From IMG/VR virus record IMGVR_UViG_3300007512_001547, positions 73,584 through 137,583 of that record: a DNA stretch of 64,000 nt. One strand, given 5' to 3'. The stretch comes from a virus. The first letter of the stretch is position 1; each line of letters starts with the position of its first letter. The notes below the pieces were generated by a model, which was not told where the DNA came from, ran no database searches, and saw nothing but the letters and a program-made list of their open reading frames with translations. Below, in pieces: positions 19,597 through 28,167 of the stretch. A program made the position numbers and the translations under genes.

Positions 19597-20307
19597 ATGG
19601 ATGACACTTTAAAAGACAGTTGGATTGTTAAAGGTCCAATATCAAAAACAATTAAAGACAGAATTAAAAAAGCAGGAAAAAGATTTCACTGTAATGATAA
19701 TATTTCTGAATATATTGAGGATGGTGACTTAGAAAAATTACAAGTAGAGGTACAAGAAAAATTACAAGGAGTTTTGGAAAGTCTTGTAATTGATACAGAA
19801 AACGATCACAACACACAAGAAACTGCAAAACGTGTCGCAAAAATGTACATCAAAGAAACATTTGGTGGCAGATATAATCCAATGCCAAGAATTACACACT
19901 TTCCTAATATGGGATATAAGAGTATGTACACTAGTGGTCCAATCAGTATTAAATCAACGTGTGCTCACCATTTACAAAACATTGTAGGTAATGCTTGGGT
20001 AGGTATTATTCCAAATGGCAAAGTTATCGGATTAAGTAAGTTTAATAGAATTATTCACCATATTGTAGAAAGACCACAAATACAAGAAGAGATGACAACA
20101 CAAATTGCTGATGCATTAAAAGAATATGCACATACAAGTCATATTGCAGTAGTAGTTAAAGCAGAACATCATTGCATGACACACAGAGGCGTAAGAGAAC
20201 ACGAATCTGATATGACAACTGCAATTATGTTAGGTGCATTTAAAGAAGATCCAGCAACTAGAGATGAATTTTATAAAATTTGTATGAACATGAAGGGTCA
20301 TGAATAA
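19597..20307 (+). CDS. folE: GTP cyclohydrolase I
   Basis: ETAKRVAKMY, STCAHH, GLSK, RPQIQE, AEHHCMTHRG. Confidence 0.96.
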   Translation: MDDTLKDSWIVKGPISKTIKDRIKKAGKRFHCNDNISEYIEDGDLEKLQVEVQEKLQGVLESLVIDTENDHNTQETAKRVAKMYIKETFGGRYNPMPRITHFPNMGYKSMYTSGPISIKSTCAHHLQNIVGNAWVGIIPNGKVIGLSKFNRIIHHIVERPQIQEEMTTQIADALKEYAHTSHIAVVVKAEHHCMTHRGVREHESDMTTAIMLGAFKEDPATRDEFYKICMNMKGHE

Positions 20308-20575
20308 AAAACAATACCAAAAAGAAAAAGAAAGACAAGCTAACTTACAATCAGATAATGTAGAAATGGAAAATTGGGTTCCAAGTGAAGGTTCAATAGG
20401 CACCGTCGATACTATGAATATAGATTTTGACGTAGGTTATGATTCAGATCAAATGAATTTTGATTTTGAAAGAGATTTAAGAAAAAAATATCCTGCACTA
20501 AAAGATGCTTGGGAGCATTATCAAAATATAAAACAAATGTGTGAAGCAAGAGAAAAAGAAGAAGATGCGAATTAA
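20300..20575 (+). CDS. Hypothetical protein
   Basis: 91 aa ending KYPALKDAWEHYQNIKQMC; overlaps both neighbours. Confidence 0.7.
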   Translation: MNKKQYQKEKERQANLQSDNVEMENWVPSEGSIGTVDTMNIDFDVGYDSDQMNFDFERDLRKKYPALKDAWEHYQNIKQMCEAREKEEDAN

Positions 20576-21608
20576 CCAAGATCCAAAACTAAATTACGAA
20601 GACGTTTTATTACAACCAAAACGTTCCACGTTATCATCAAGAAAAGATGTAGACATGACTCGTAAGTTTACATTTCGGAACTCAGACAAAGTAATGAACT
20701 TTACACCAATCTTTGCAAGTAATATGGATGGTGTTGGTACATTTAGTATGGCAAAAATATTACAAGAATATAAAATGATGACTGTTATTACAAAATCCAC
20801 TACTCCAGATCAATGGAAAGAGGCAGTAGGCAATGGTGTAAGATTACAAAGTGTTTCTGTATGTACAGGCACAAATAAAATGTTTGATGATGAAGCTGAA
20901 GATTATACTAATATGCAAGAAATATTAAAAAGTTTTCCTGATATTAAAATGATTACAATAGATGTTGCTAATGCATATCATCAAAATATGGTTGGCTTTG
21001 TTCAAAAAGTTAGAGAAGAATATCCAGACAAAGTTATTGTAGCAGGTAACGTAGTAACACCTGAGATGACCGAAGAATTAATTATTAACGGTGCTGACGT
21101 AGTTAAAATAGGAATAGGACCAGGTAGTGTTTGCACTACACGAACAATGACTGGTGTTGGTGTTCCACAATTTTCAGCAATATTAGAATGTGCTGATGCG
21201 GCTAATGGTGTTGATGGACACATAATGGCGGATGGTGGTTGCACACAACCAGGAGATATTGCAAAAGCATTAGGTGGTGGTGCACATATGGTTATGATTG
21301 GCGGTATGTTAGCAGGACATAACGAATCAGAAGTAGAAGTAAAAGACGGATTTAGAGAATTTTATGGCATGAGTTCTGATCGTGCAAGAGAAGTACACGG
21401 CAAAAGAAAAGACGGATATAGAGGCAACGAAGGTAGAGTAGTACATTTACCTGATAGAGGACCTGTTAAAGAAACTATAGAAAATATACTTGGCGGTGTA
21501 AGAAGTGCTTGTACATATATTGGTGCAAGACGATTAAAAGATATGCCTAAATGTGCAACTTTTGTAACAACATACAACGTAATTAATAAAGTTTACGAGC
21601 AATTTTAA
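20565..21608 (+). CDS. guaC: GMP reductase
   Basis: YEDVLLQPKRSTLSSR, ASNMDGVGTF, DVANAY, KIGIGPGSVCTTR, ADGGC, FYGMSS, GGVRSACTYIGA. Confidence 0.95.
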   Translation: MRINQDPKLNYEDVLLQPKRSTLSSRKDVDMTRKFTFRNSDKVMNFTPIFASNMDGVGTFSMAKILQEYKMMTVITKSTTPDQWKEAVGNGVRLQSVSVCTGTNKMFDDEAEDYTNMQEILKSFPDIKMITIDVANAYHQNMVGFVQKVREEYPDKVIVAGNVVTPEMTEELIINGADVVKIGIGPGSVCTTRTMTGVGVPQFSAILECADAANGVDGHIMADGGCTQPGDIAKALGGGAHMVMIGGMLAGHNESEVEVKDGFREFYGMSSDRAREVHGKRKDGYRGNEGRVVHLPDRGPVKETIENILGGVRSACTYIGARRLKDMPKCATFVTTYNVINKVYEQF

Positions 21609-21625
21609 ATATTTAAATACATTAT

Positions 21626-22804
21626 ATGATTCCTAATAAGAATACATTTTGTATTGCTCCATGGTTTAGTGTTTTTATTGATTCAAGAAAAAAATTATCA
21701 CCATGTTGCAAAAGTAATAAGACAAACAAATACAATTATTCTCAATTAAACGATTATTTTTTTTCTAACGAATTAGAACAATTACGCAAAGACTTAATTA
21801 ATGGAATAAAAAACAAGACTTGTTCAGCATGTTGGGAAACAGAAGAACAAAACGGAGATTCATTACGAAAACAATACAATAGGACTTTAGCCATGAGATT
21901 TGATAAAGGTTCTATTCTCAATCAAATCAATAATCCATCAGTAAAAAATATAAAAAGTTTTGATCTAGTTCTAGGAAATTTATGCAATTTAAAGTGTATA
22001 ATGTGTAATCCAGGACAAAGTAGTCAATTACTAGCAGAAGCAAATTTAAATCCTGAATTGAAAAAATGGTATACAAAAAATACTACATATAATCAAAAAT
22101 TATTTAATTGGCCAGAAGACAATGATTTTGTCAACTGGTGTGAGAAAAATCTACCACAAAGTATTCATATAAAATTTACTGGTGGAGAACCTTTTATAAT
22201 TCCGGGGCTTCATAAAATTATAGAACAAATCCCAGACTCACAAAAGAAGAATTGTATTTTGCATTTTACTACAAATTTAACGAATATTAATAAAGATATA
22301 TTAAATTATTTTACAAAATTTAAAGAAGTTTGGCTGAGTGTTTCTTGCGAAGGTATAGAAGAAACACTAGAATATGTAAGATTTGGTCATAAATGGAAAA
22401 CACTAGATGAAAATTTTAAAATTATTCAAAATATGAATTCAAAAAACATTATTTTAGCAGTAAATTATGTTGTTCAAGCACTCAGTTATCATTCAATCAT
22501 AGCTATGGTTAAATATTTTGATTCACTTAAAATTAAAATAGATCCTATTATGTTATCAGATCCAAAACACTTCCATATTTCATCATTAACCAAATATGCT
22601 AAAAACAAATTTATATCCGATACTAAGGATTATAATGGTTTTAATAAAAGTTTTGTCAATTTTATAAGAAACATGTCTAAAAAATACATTGATCACGATA
22701 AAAGTCTTTCTAAAAAATGTATTAAACATTTAGAATTACTAGATAAAAGTAGAAAAACAAATTATAAAAAAATAATACCGTTTGAAAATTTACATCAAAT
22801 ATAG
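21626..22804 (+). CDS. N-terminal twitch-domain radical SAM protein (copy 4)
   Basis: FCIAPW...PCC...CSACW..E..SLR; GNLCNLKCIMC; TGGEP; TAAATA 6 nt upstream. Confidence 0.93.
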   Translation: MIPNKNTFCIAPWFSVFIDSRKKLSPCCKSNKTNKYNYSQLNDYFFSNELEQLRKDLINGIKNKTCSACWETEEQNGDSLRKQYNRTLAMRFDKGSILNQINNPSVKNIKSFDLVLGNLCNLKCIMCNPGQSSQLLAEANLNPELKKWYTKNTTYNQKLFNWPEDNDFVNWCEKNLPQSIHIKFTGGEPFIIPGLHKIIEQIPDSQKKNCILHFTTNLTNINKDILNYFTKFKEVWLSVSCEGIEETLEYVRFGHKWKTLDENFKIIQNMNSKNIILAVNYVVQALSYHSIIAMVKYFDSLKIKIDPIMLSDPKHFHISSLTKYAKNKFISDTKDYNGFNKSFVNFIRNMSKKYIDHDKSLSKKCIKHLELLDKSRKTNYKKIIPFENLHQI

Positions 22805-22815
22805 TAAAATAAAAT

Positions 22816-23274
22816 ATGGATACAAAGAAAAACTATTTTACAACAGGTCAAATGCGTAATGCATTAATACAAATAGAAGATCAAATGGTCCACTCCAATT
22901 GGATGCCAACTATTATATTAGGTATTAATAGAGGTGGTTGTATTCCTGGCGTTTACCTTTCACACAGACTTAATATAGCACACGAAGTACTTGATATACG
23001 ATTAAGAGATCATACAACAAAGCCAAATCTATCTGTATTAGAAAAAGCGTTTGCATTTCAAAAGAAAATTTTAATCATTGATGATATTAATGATACAGGA
23101 GCAACGTTCAATTATATTGTTGAAAATTTTAGTAAGGGTGATGGTAGAATTAAATTTGCCGCACTTATACATAATAAACCAAGCAAAGCAAAAGTAGATT
23201 ACCAAGGATACAAAATAGACAAGTCAAAAGATCCTGCATGGATTGTTTTCCCATGGGAAGAATGGGACAAATAA
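22816..23274 (+). CDS. Type I phosphoribosyltransferase (Gpt/Hpt-like)
   Basis: GINRGG, PRPP loop LIIDDINDTGAT, C-terminal WIVFPWE as in Gpt; TTGAAA-N17-TAAAAT (22782-22810) upstream. Confidence 0.9.
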   Translation: MDTKKNYFTTGQMRNALIQIEDQMVHSNWMPTIILGINRGGCIPGVYLSHRLNIAHEVLDIRLRDHTTKPNLSVLEKAFAFQKKILIIDDINDTGATFNYIVENFSKGDGRIKFAALIHNKPSKAKVDYQGYKIDKSKDPAWIVFPWEEWDK

Positions 23275-23285
23275 TTTACACTCTG

Positions 23286-23314
23286 TTGACAAATCATCTA
23301 AATAATAGTAAAAT
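23286..23314 (+). promoter_or_regulatory. sigma70-type promoter, leaderless
   Basis: TTGACA-N17-TAAAAT with ATG 23321 exactly 6 nt downstream. Confidence 0.75.
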
Positions 23315-23320
23315 AATATT

Positions 23321-23710
23321 ATGTCAAATATAGCAGGAAAAATTTGGGGATCTACAGAACTTATTCTCGCAAACAGTTCATTAGAATTTCATAGAATAGA
23401 TTATAAAAAAGGTGGTGTTTGCTCTAAACACAAACACGAATACAAATGGAATGGCTTCTATTGTATGACAGGAAAACTAAAAATTAAAGTATGGCAAAAA
23501 GATTACAATTTAGTAGACGAAACTATTTTAAACCCTGGCGATTTTACTGCTGTCAAACCACAATTATTCCATTCATTTGAAGGCTTAGAAGACGGTGTTG
23601 CATTTGAATTATATTGGGCAGAATTCAGACACAACGATATACAAAGAGAATCTGTAGGACACTTAACAGAAGGCAACGTAGTTAGACTGGATAAGAAAAA
23701 AGGAAAGTAA
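23321..23710 (+). CDS. Cupin-domain protein
   Basis: CSKHKHEYKWNGF...LNPGDF..VKPQLFHSF cupin metal-binding pattern. Confidence 0.8.
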   Translation: MSNIAGKIWGSTELILANSSLEFHRIDYKKGGVCSKHKHEYKWNGFYCMTGKLKIKVWQKDYNLVDETILNPGDFTAVKPQLFHSFEGLEDGVAFELYWAEFRHNDIQRESVGHLTEGNVVRLDKKKGK

Positions 23711-23711
23711 C

Positions 23712-24713
23712 ATGATTCCTATAAAAGGATATGCAACTTTTCACCCATTAAAACATTGTTGGATAGGATCCGGATTTAAAGCAGAATGGTTTCAAGATTT
23801 ACCTATATATAAAAATAACAAAATTATGGATCCTTTGAAACGTATTGCAGAGGAAACCGAAGAAGATTCTCAAACACTAGAAAAAATATTAAAAGATGCT
23901 GGTGTAAAAACACATCGCAGTTGGTTGGATATAGATAAGGTAGGTTCTCTTAAAAATATATTTCGTCCACCAGTTAACCCAAGAGACCATTTTGCAGTAA
24001 TTGGTGAAAAACTATATGCCTGCCATGGATCGGGTACTCCTGGATATGTAGATATTTTAAAACAAATAGACAAAAAAAATCTATACATAAACATACAAGA
24101 CAGTACAATTACTTCTGCTTGTATTTGTAGAGTAGGAAAAGATTTGTATTGGGATCACGGTGTTACTGACACAACCGAAGCAACTATAAAAAAATTTACA
24201 GACATTTGGACTAAGGAAGGATTTAGAGTACATAAATCAAACAGAGGTTATCATTCAGATGGTGTGTTTTGTGTTGTGAAACCTGGTTGTATTGTTTCAT
24301 TAAACGATATACAAGATTATAAAACAGAATTCCCAGGCTGGGACGTACTATATCTACCAGATCAATCGTGGGATAAAGTAAGTCCTTTTTTAGAAATGAA
24401 AAAAAAAGTAGGAGGACGTTGGTGGTTAAAAGGAGAAGAGCATAACGATCAATTAATTGAATTTGTTGACACATGGTTAAATGATTGGGTTGGTTATGTG
24501 GAAGAAACTGTATTTGATGTTAATATGTTGTCAGTTGACGAAAACAGAATAATATGCAACAATTACAACAAAGACGTATTTGAACATTTTAAAAAACATA
24601 AAGTTGAACCAATTATATTCAACTTTAGACATAGATACTTTTGGGATGGTGGAATACATTGTATAACACAAGATTTATATAGAGAAGGAAAAATGGAGGA
24701 TTACTTTGGCTGA
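23712..24713 (+). CDS. Amidinotransferase (pentein superfamily, Gly/inosamine-P amidinotransferase-like)
   Basis: NPRDH, HSDG, VFDVNML and C-terminal WDGGIHCIT with the catalytic Cys. Confidence 0.88.
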   Translation: MIPIKGYATFHPLKHCWIGSGFKAEWFQDLPIYKNNKIMDPLKRIAEETEEDSQTLEKILKDAGVKTHRSWLDIDKVGSLKNIFRPPVNPRDHFAVIGEKLYACHGSGTPGYVDILKQIDKKNLYINIQDSTITSACICRVGKDLYWDHGVTDTTEATIKKFTDIWTKEGFRVHKSNRGYHSDGVFCVVKPGCIVSLNDIQDYKTEFPGWDVLYLPDQSWDKVSPFLEMKKKVGGRWWLKGEEHNDQLIEFVDTWLNDWVGYVEETVFDVNMLSVDENRIICNNYNKDVFEHFKKHKVEPIIFNFRHRYFWDGGIHCITQDLYREGKMEDYFG

Positions 24714-25044
24714 CATATATCACATTTGGGCAGATCATCATAAAGACGTAGACGCATATGACTTTGCAAAAAAAATGCGAAAGTTTTTAGATGGTTTAGT
24801 TGAAATGGGTAAAATGAAAAGTTACAGACTTACAAGATCAAAATTAGGTTTTAGATCAATGGATATGCCTGAATTTCATGTTATGATGGAATTTACCAAT
24901 ATGCAACAACTAGATGATGCTATGACAAGCATAATCCGTAATGAAGAAAAAATAGATGAATCACACGTTTCGTTTAATCAATTAGTAAACAAAGAAACAA
25001 TACAACACTTTTTATACAGAGATTTTCCAGATGAACTCAAATAA
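24706..25044 (+). CDS. Ferredoxin-like dimeric barrel protein (DUF6614-like)
   Basis: Pattern Y..W......F......FL..L...G....YRLTR.KLGF......EFH.M.EF....QLD.A. Confidence 0.55.
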   Translation: MADIYHIWADHHKDVDAYDFAKKMRKFLDGLVEMGKMKSYRLTRSKLGFRSMDMPEFHVMMEFTNMQQLDDAMTSIIRNEEKIDESHVSFNQLVNKETIQHFLYRDFPDELK

Positions 25045-25942
25045 AAAAATAGTAATTGCTTACCATCCTGGAATGTATGGCGGATTACTAAGATGGTTAT
25101 TGGACAGATTTTCTCCTGATTGTAAATTTAAACACATTAACAATCCATGGGATGAACATGATAGAGTACATGGAGTATTTGAATACAATAACAAATTTAA
25201 TCGGGCAGATTTAAATTTTAAAGTACCATCAGATAATTCAACAAATAAGATAGTGATATATTTTAATTTATCTGATTTATTATTTGCAGAAAGATGTACT
25301 TTTTATAGAGGTGAGGGATTTGAAGATGATACAGGTAGATATAAGATACTTATATCTGACTCTGACATTAAATTGTTAAATTTATTTAAAATTGATAAAA
25401 CAAAAAACTCTAAAGCAGTTACTAAAGAACTTTACAAAATACAACTACATGACGGTGAAAATGGAATTTGGTCTGACCGTATTATTAAATTTATGTCAAA
25501 CCCAACTTACTATCAATTTCCTGTTTATGCACTCTGGAACAAAGATCTGTTCATACAACAACTTCGAACTATTAGCAATAAATTTATACTTGATTTAGAA
25601 ATTGACGAAACTATTATTGAAAACGTAACAAAAAAAATAAGTGAAACATTTGTTATAAAAACAAGAAACAGAGCAAAGACTGTATTAGAAGCAATACAAA
25701 ATAAACAACAAATGAATTGCAGTGAATTAGATATATTAGAACAGGCCTGGATAGAAGTTTTATTAGAAAAACAACACGATTCTATAATTTTTCCATATGG
25801 TACTAATTGGTTTAAAAATACCAATCAAATTAATGAATTTTTAGAAACATATCCTTCGTATCTAAAACATATGAATCCACGATTACCATGGTATAATAAT
25901 GCAAAAAATCCCTTTTATTGGAGTACGTTGACAGAAAAGTAA
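25031..25942 (+). CDS. Hypothetical protein, YxxGxxGxxL family, paralog A (possible sulfotransferase/P-loop-like fold)
   Basis: 303 aa starting IVIAYHPGMYGGLLRWLL; clear paralog of the next gene. Confidence 0.8.
   Translation: MNSNKKIVIAYHPGMYGGLLRWLLDRFSPDCKFKHINNPWDEHDRVHGVFEYNNKFNRADLNFKVPSDNSTNKIVIYFNLSDLLFAERCTFYRGEGFEDDTGRYKILISDSDIKLLNLFKIDKTKNSKAVTKELYKIQLHDGENGIWSDRIIKFMSNPTYYQFPVYALWNKDLFIQQLRTISNKFILDLEIDETIIENVTKKISETFVIKTRNRAKTVLEAIQNKQQMNCSELDILEQAWIEVLLEKQHDSIIFPYGTNWFKNTNQINEFLETYPSYLKHMNPRLPWYNNAKNPFYWSTLTEK
25094..25189 (+). repeat. 96-bp exact direct repeat, copy 1 (copy 2 at 26011-26106)
   Basis: TGGTTATTGGACAG...GAATACAAT identical at both loci by eye comparison. Confidence 0.92.
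25764..25900 (+). repeat. 137-bp direct repeat with 3 mismatches, copy 1 (copy 2 at 26693-26829)
   Basis: TAGAAAAACAACACG...GGTATAATAAT; differences AA/GG and T/A. Confidence 0.9.
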
Positions 25943-25956
25943 ATAGCTTAAACCAG

Positions 25957-26877
25957 ATGAGTAAAATACAAATTGTTTATCATTCAGGCACATATGGAAG
26001 ATTATTACGTTGGTTATTGGACAGATTTTCTCCTGATTGTAAATTTAAACACATTAACAATCCATGGGATGAACATGATAGAGTACATGGAGTATTTGAA
26101 TACAATCAAAGATTTAGGAGGGCACATCAAATAAAAAAAAACAGAGGTGAAAGTTCGATTGACCCGGAGGCAAGTAAAATAATTATAAATTTTAATCTAG
26201 ACGATTTATTGTTTGTTGAACGTTGTGGATTCTACAGGAACCCAAAAAATTATACAGAACAAGCAAGATACAAATCTATTATTAATGACACAGATATTAA
26301 AATTTTAAAATTGTTTAACATCAATAAAGACAAAATACACAAATCTGTTGCCAAAGAAATTTACAAAATACAATTACACGATCATGAAAACCATAGACAT
26401 TGGAAAGAAATGACAAAATATATGAAAAACAATAATCATTATCAATTCTCTATATATGCATTATGGAACAAAGAGAATTTTATTAAAGAGCTTAAAGCAA
26501 TATCTAACAAGTTCTCACTTGACCTAAATATCAATGAAGCTATTATAAGCAACATTACAGAAAAAATTAGTAAGATGTATCCAATTTCTACGAAATATAG
26601 AGCAAAAAATATTTTAAAAGCAATTAAAGAAAATACCAATATAGAGTGTAACGAATTAGATATACTTGAACAAGCATGGATAGAAGTAATACTAGAAAAA
26701 CAACACGATTCTATAATTTTTCCATATGGTACTAATTGGTTTGGAAATACCAATCAAATAAATGAATTTTTAGAAACATATCCTTCGTATCTAAAACATA
26801 TGAATCCACGATTACCATGGTATAATAATATAAAAAATCCATTTTATTACAATGAATTGACATACCCGCAAAAGTAG
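25957..26877 (+). CDS. Hypothetical protein, YxxGxxGxxL family, paralog B
   Basis: Likely start MSKIQIVYHSGTYGRLL at 25957, after TAAATA (25940-25945). Confidence 0.8.
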   Translation: MSKIQIVYHSGTYGRLLRWLLDRFSPDCKFKHINNPWDEHDRVHGVFEYNQRFRRAHQIKKNRGESSIDPEASKIIINFNLDDLLFVERCGFYRNPKNYTEQARYKSIINDTDIKILKLFNINKDKIHKSVAKEIYKIQLHDHENHRHWKEMTKYMKNNNHYQFSIYALWNKENFIKELKAISNKFSLDLNINEAIISNITEKISKMYPISTKYRAKNILKAIKENTNIECNELDILEQAWIEVILEKQHDSIIFPYGTNWFGNTNQINEFLETYPSYLKHMNPRLPWYNNIKNPFYYNELTYPQK

Positions 26878-26885
26878 TATACAAT
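26857..26885 (+). promoter_or_regulatory. sigma70-type promoter for queE
   Basis: TTGACA-N17-TACAAT; -35 lies inside the last codons of paralog B. Confidence 0.7.
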
Positions 26886-26926
26886 TAAAGAATAGTAGAA
26901 ACAACAAAAAATATAGATCCAAAAAT

Positions 26927-27814
26927 ATGGAAAAAATAAGATATTCAGAAATATTTCATTCAGTACAAGGTGAAGGGCGATTTGTAGGCGTACCTAGTGT
27001 ATTCTTTAGAGTATTTGGTTGCAATTTCCATTGTCATGGATTTGGGCAAGGTAGAGATAAAAGTAAATGGCTTAAACCAGAAGAAATGCCATATTCCACG
27101 CAAGACCTATCAGAACTTAAAAATATTAAAGATTTACCTGTTGTTGATATTGGCTGTGACGCAAGTGCAAGTTGGTCAACAAGATATAAACATTTAGTTG
27201 ATTGGGAACCTATAGATAAAATTGCAAAACAAATTATATCTTTCACACCAGAAAATAAGTGGATATGTTCTACAGGACAAGATATACATTTTGTTATAAC
27301 AGGTGGAGAACCTATGTTGTGGCAAAGAGAAACACAACATTTATTAAGACAACCACAATTTAATGATTTAAAAAATTTAACTATTGAAACTAATTGCACA
27401 CAACCATTTAAAGAAAACTTTGATAAATTTATGCACGGTTTAACTGCTGGTGATTATACAAAACATCCAGTTCACGTAACTTGGTCAACTTCACCAAAAT
27501 TATCAATATCAGGTGAGAAGTGGGAAAAAGCAATTAAACCTGAAGTTGCAAGACAATATTCAGAAATACCAAACACACATTTATATTTTAAATTTGTTGT
27601 TGAAGATGAAGAAGATTTAGAAGAAGTTGATATGGCAAGAAAAGCATATGCAGACGCAGGTGTAGAAGCAGACATATATCTAATGGCAGTAGGTGCCACA
27701 GTTGAAGGGCAATCTAAAACTGCTAAACAAGTCGCTGACTTATGTTTGAAATATGGTTTTAAATATTCTCCAAGACTGCACGTAGATTTATTTGGTAATA
27801 AGTGGGGAACATAA
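26927..27814 (+). CDS. queE: 7-carboxy-7-deazaguanine synthase (radical SAM), atypical Cys spacing
   Basis: YSEIFHSVQGEG...PSVFFR..GCN, ITGGEP, IETN, TSPKLS, SPRLHVDLFG; cluster motif CX3CX40C. Confidence 0.92.
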   Translation: MEKIRYSEIFHSVQGEGRFVGVPSVFFRVFGCNFHCHGFGQGRDKSKWLKPEEMPYSTQDLSELKNIKDLPVVDIGCDASASWSTRYKHLVDWEPIDKIAKQIISFTPENKWICSTGQDIHFVITGGEPMLWQRETQHLLRQPQFNDLKNLTIETNCTQPFKENFDKFMHGLTAGDYTKHPVHVTWSTSPKLSISGEKWEKAIKPEVARQYSEIPNTHLYFKFVVEDEEDLEEVDMARKAYADAGVEADIYLMAVGATVEGQSKTAKQVADLCLKYGFKYSPRLHVDLFGNKWGT

Positions 27815-28167
27815 TGATTGCAAAAAAAGGAAAAACAAACTATAATAAAACAATGAAAGTTAAAAAAACTACAAAACCGAGAGCAAAAAAGAAAACTACT
27901 AAAAGTGAGGAACCTTGGGTTAAGGTTTTAAATATAAATGTTAGTCCAGACAATCCACGTAATGGATTTTTTGAACTAGATTGGAATGACGAATTTGTTA
28001 ACAATTTAAAACAACATGGATATCTTGGTCAATCAGATGAAGAAATAGTTGACAGATGGTTTCAAACTCTCTGTCGAACAATTGGCAATGAGCAAGGTAT
28101 TGACGTTACTGGCTCTGGTTATGTTCAAATAAACAGACGAGATGATGGCAAAACAGAGGTCTCGTAA
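27814..28167 (+). CDS. Hypothetical protein
   Basis: TAATG coupled at both ends; basic N-terminus, EPWVKV...FFELDWNDEF. Confidence 0.75.
   Translation: MIAKKGKTNYNKTMKVKKTTKPRAKKKTTKSEEPWVKVLNINVSPDNPRNGFFELDWNDEFVNNLKQHGYLGQSDEEIVDRWFQTLCRTIGNEQGIDVTGSGYVQINRRDDGKTEVS

Noticed and set aside
25094-26829. Diversity-generating retroelement (TR/VR) explanation for the repeats
   Set aside because: No reverse transcriptase in the window; both copies are inside coding paralogs; the few mismatches are not consistently at adenines of one copy.
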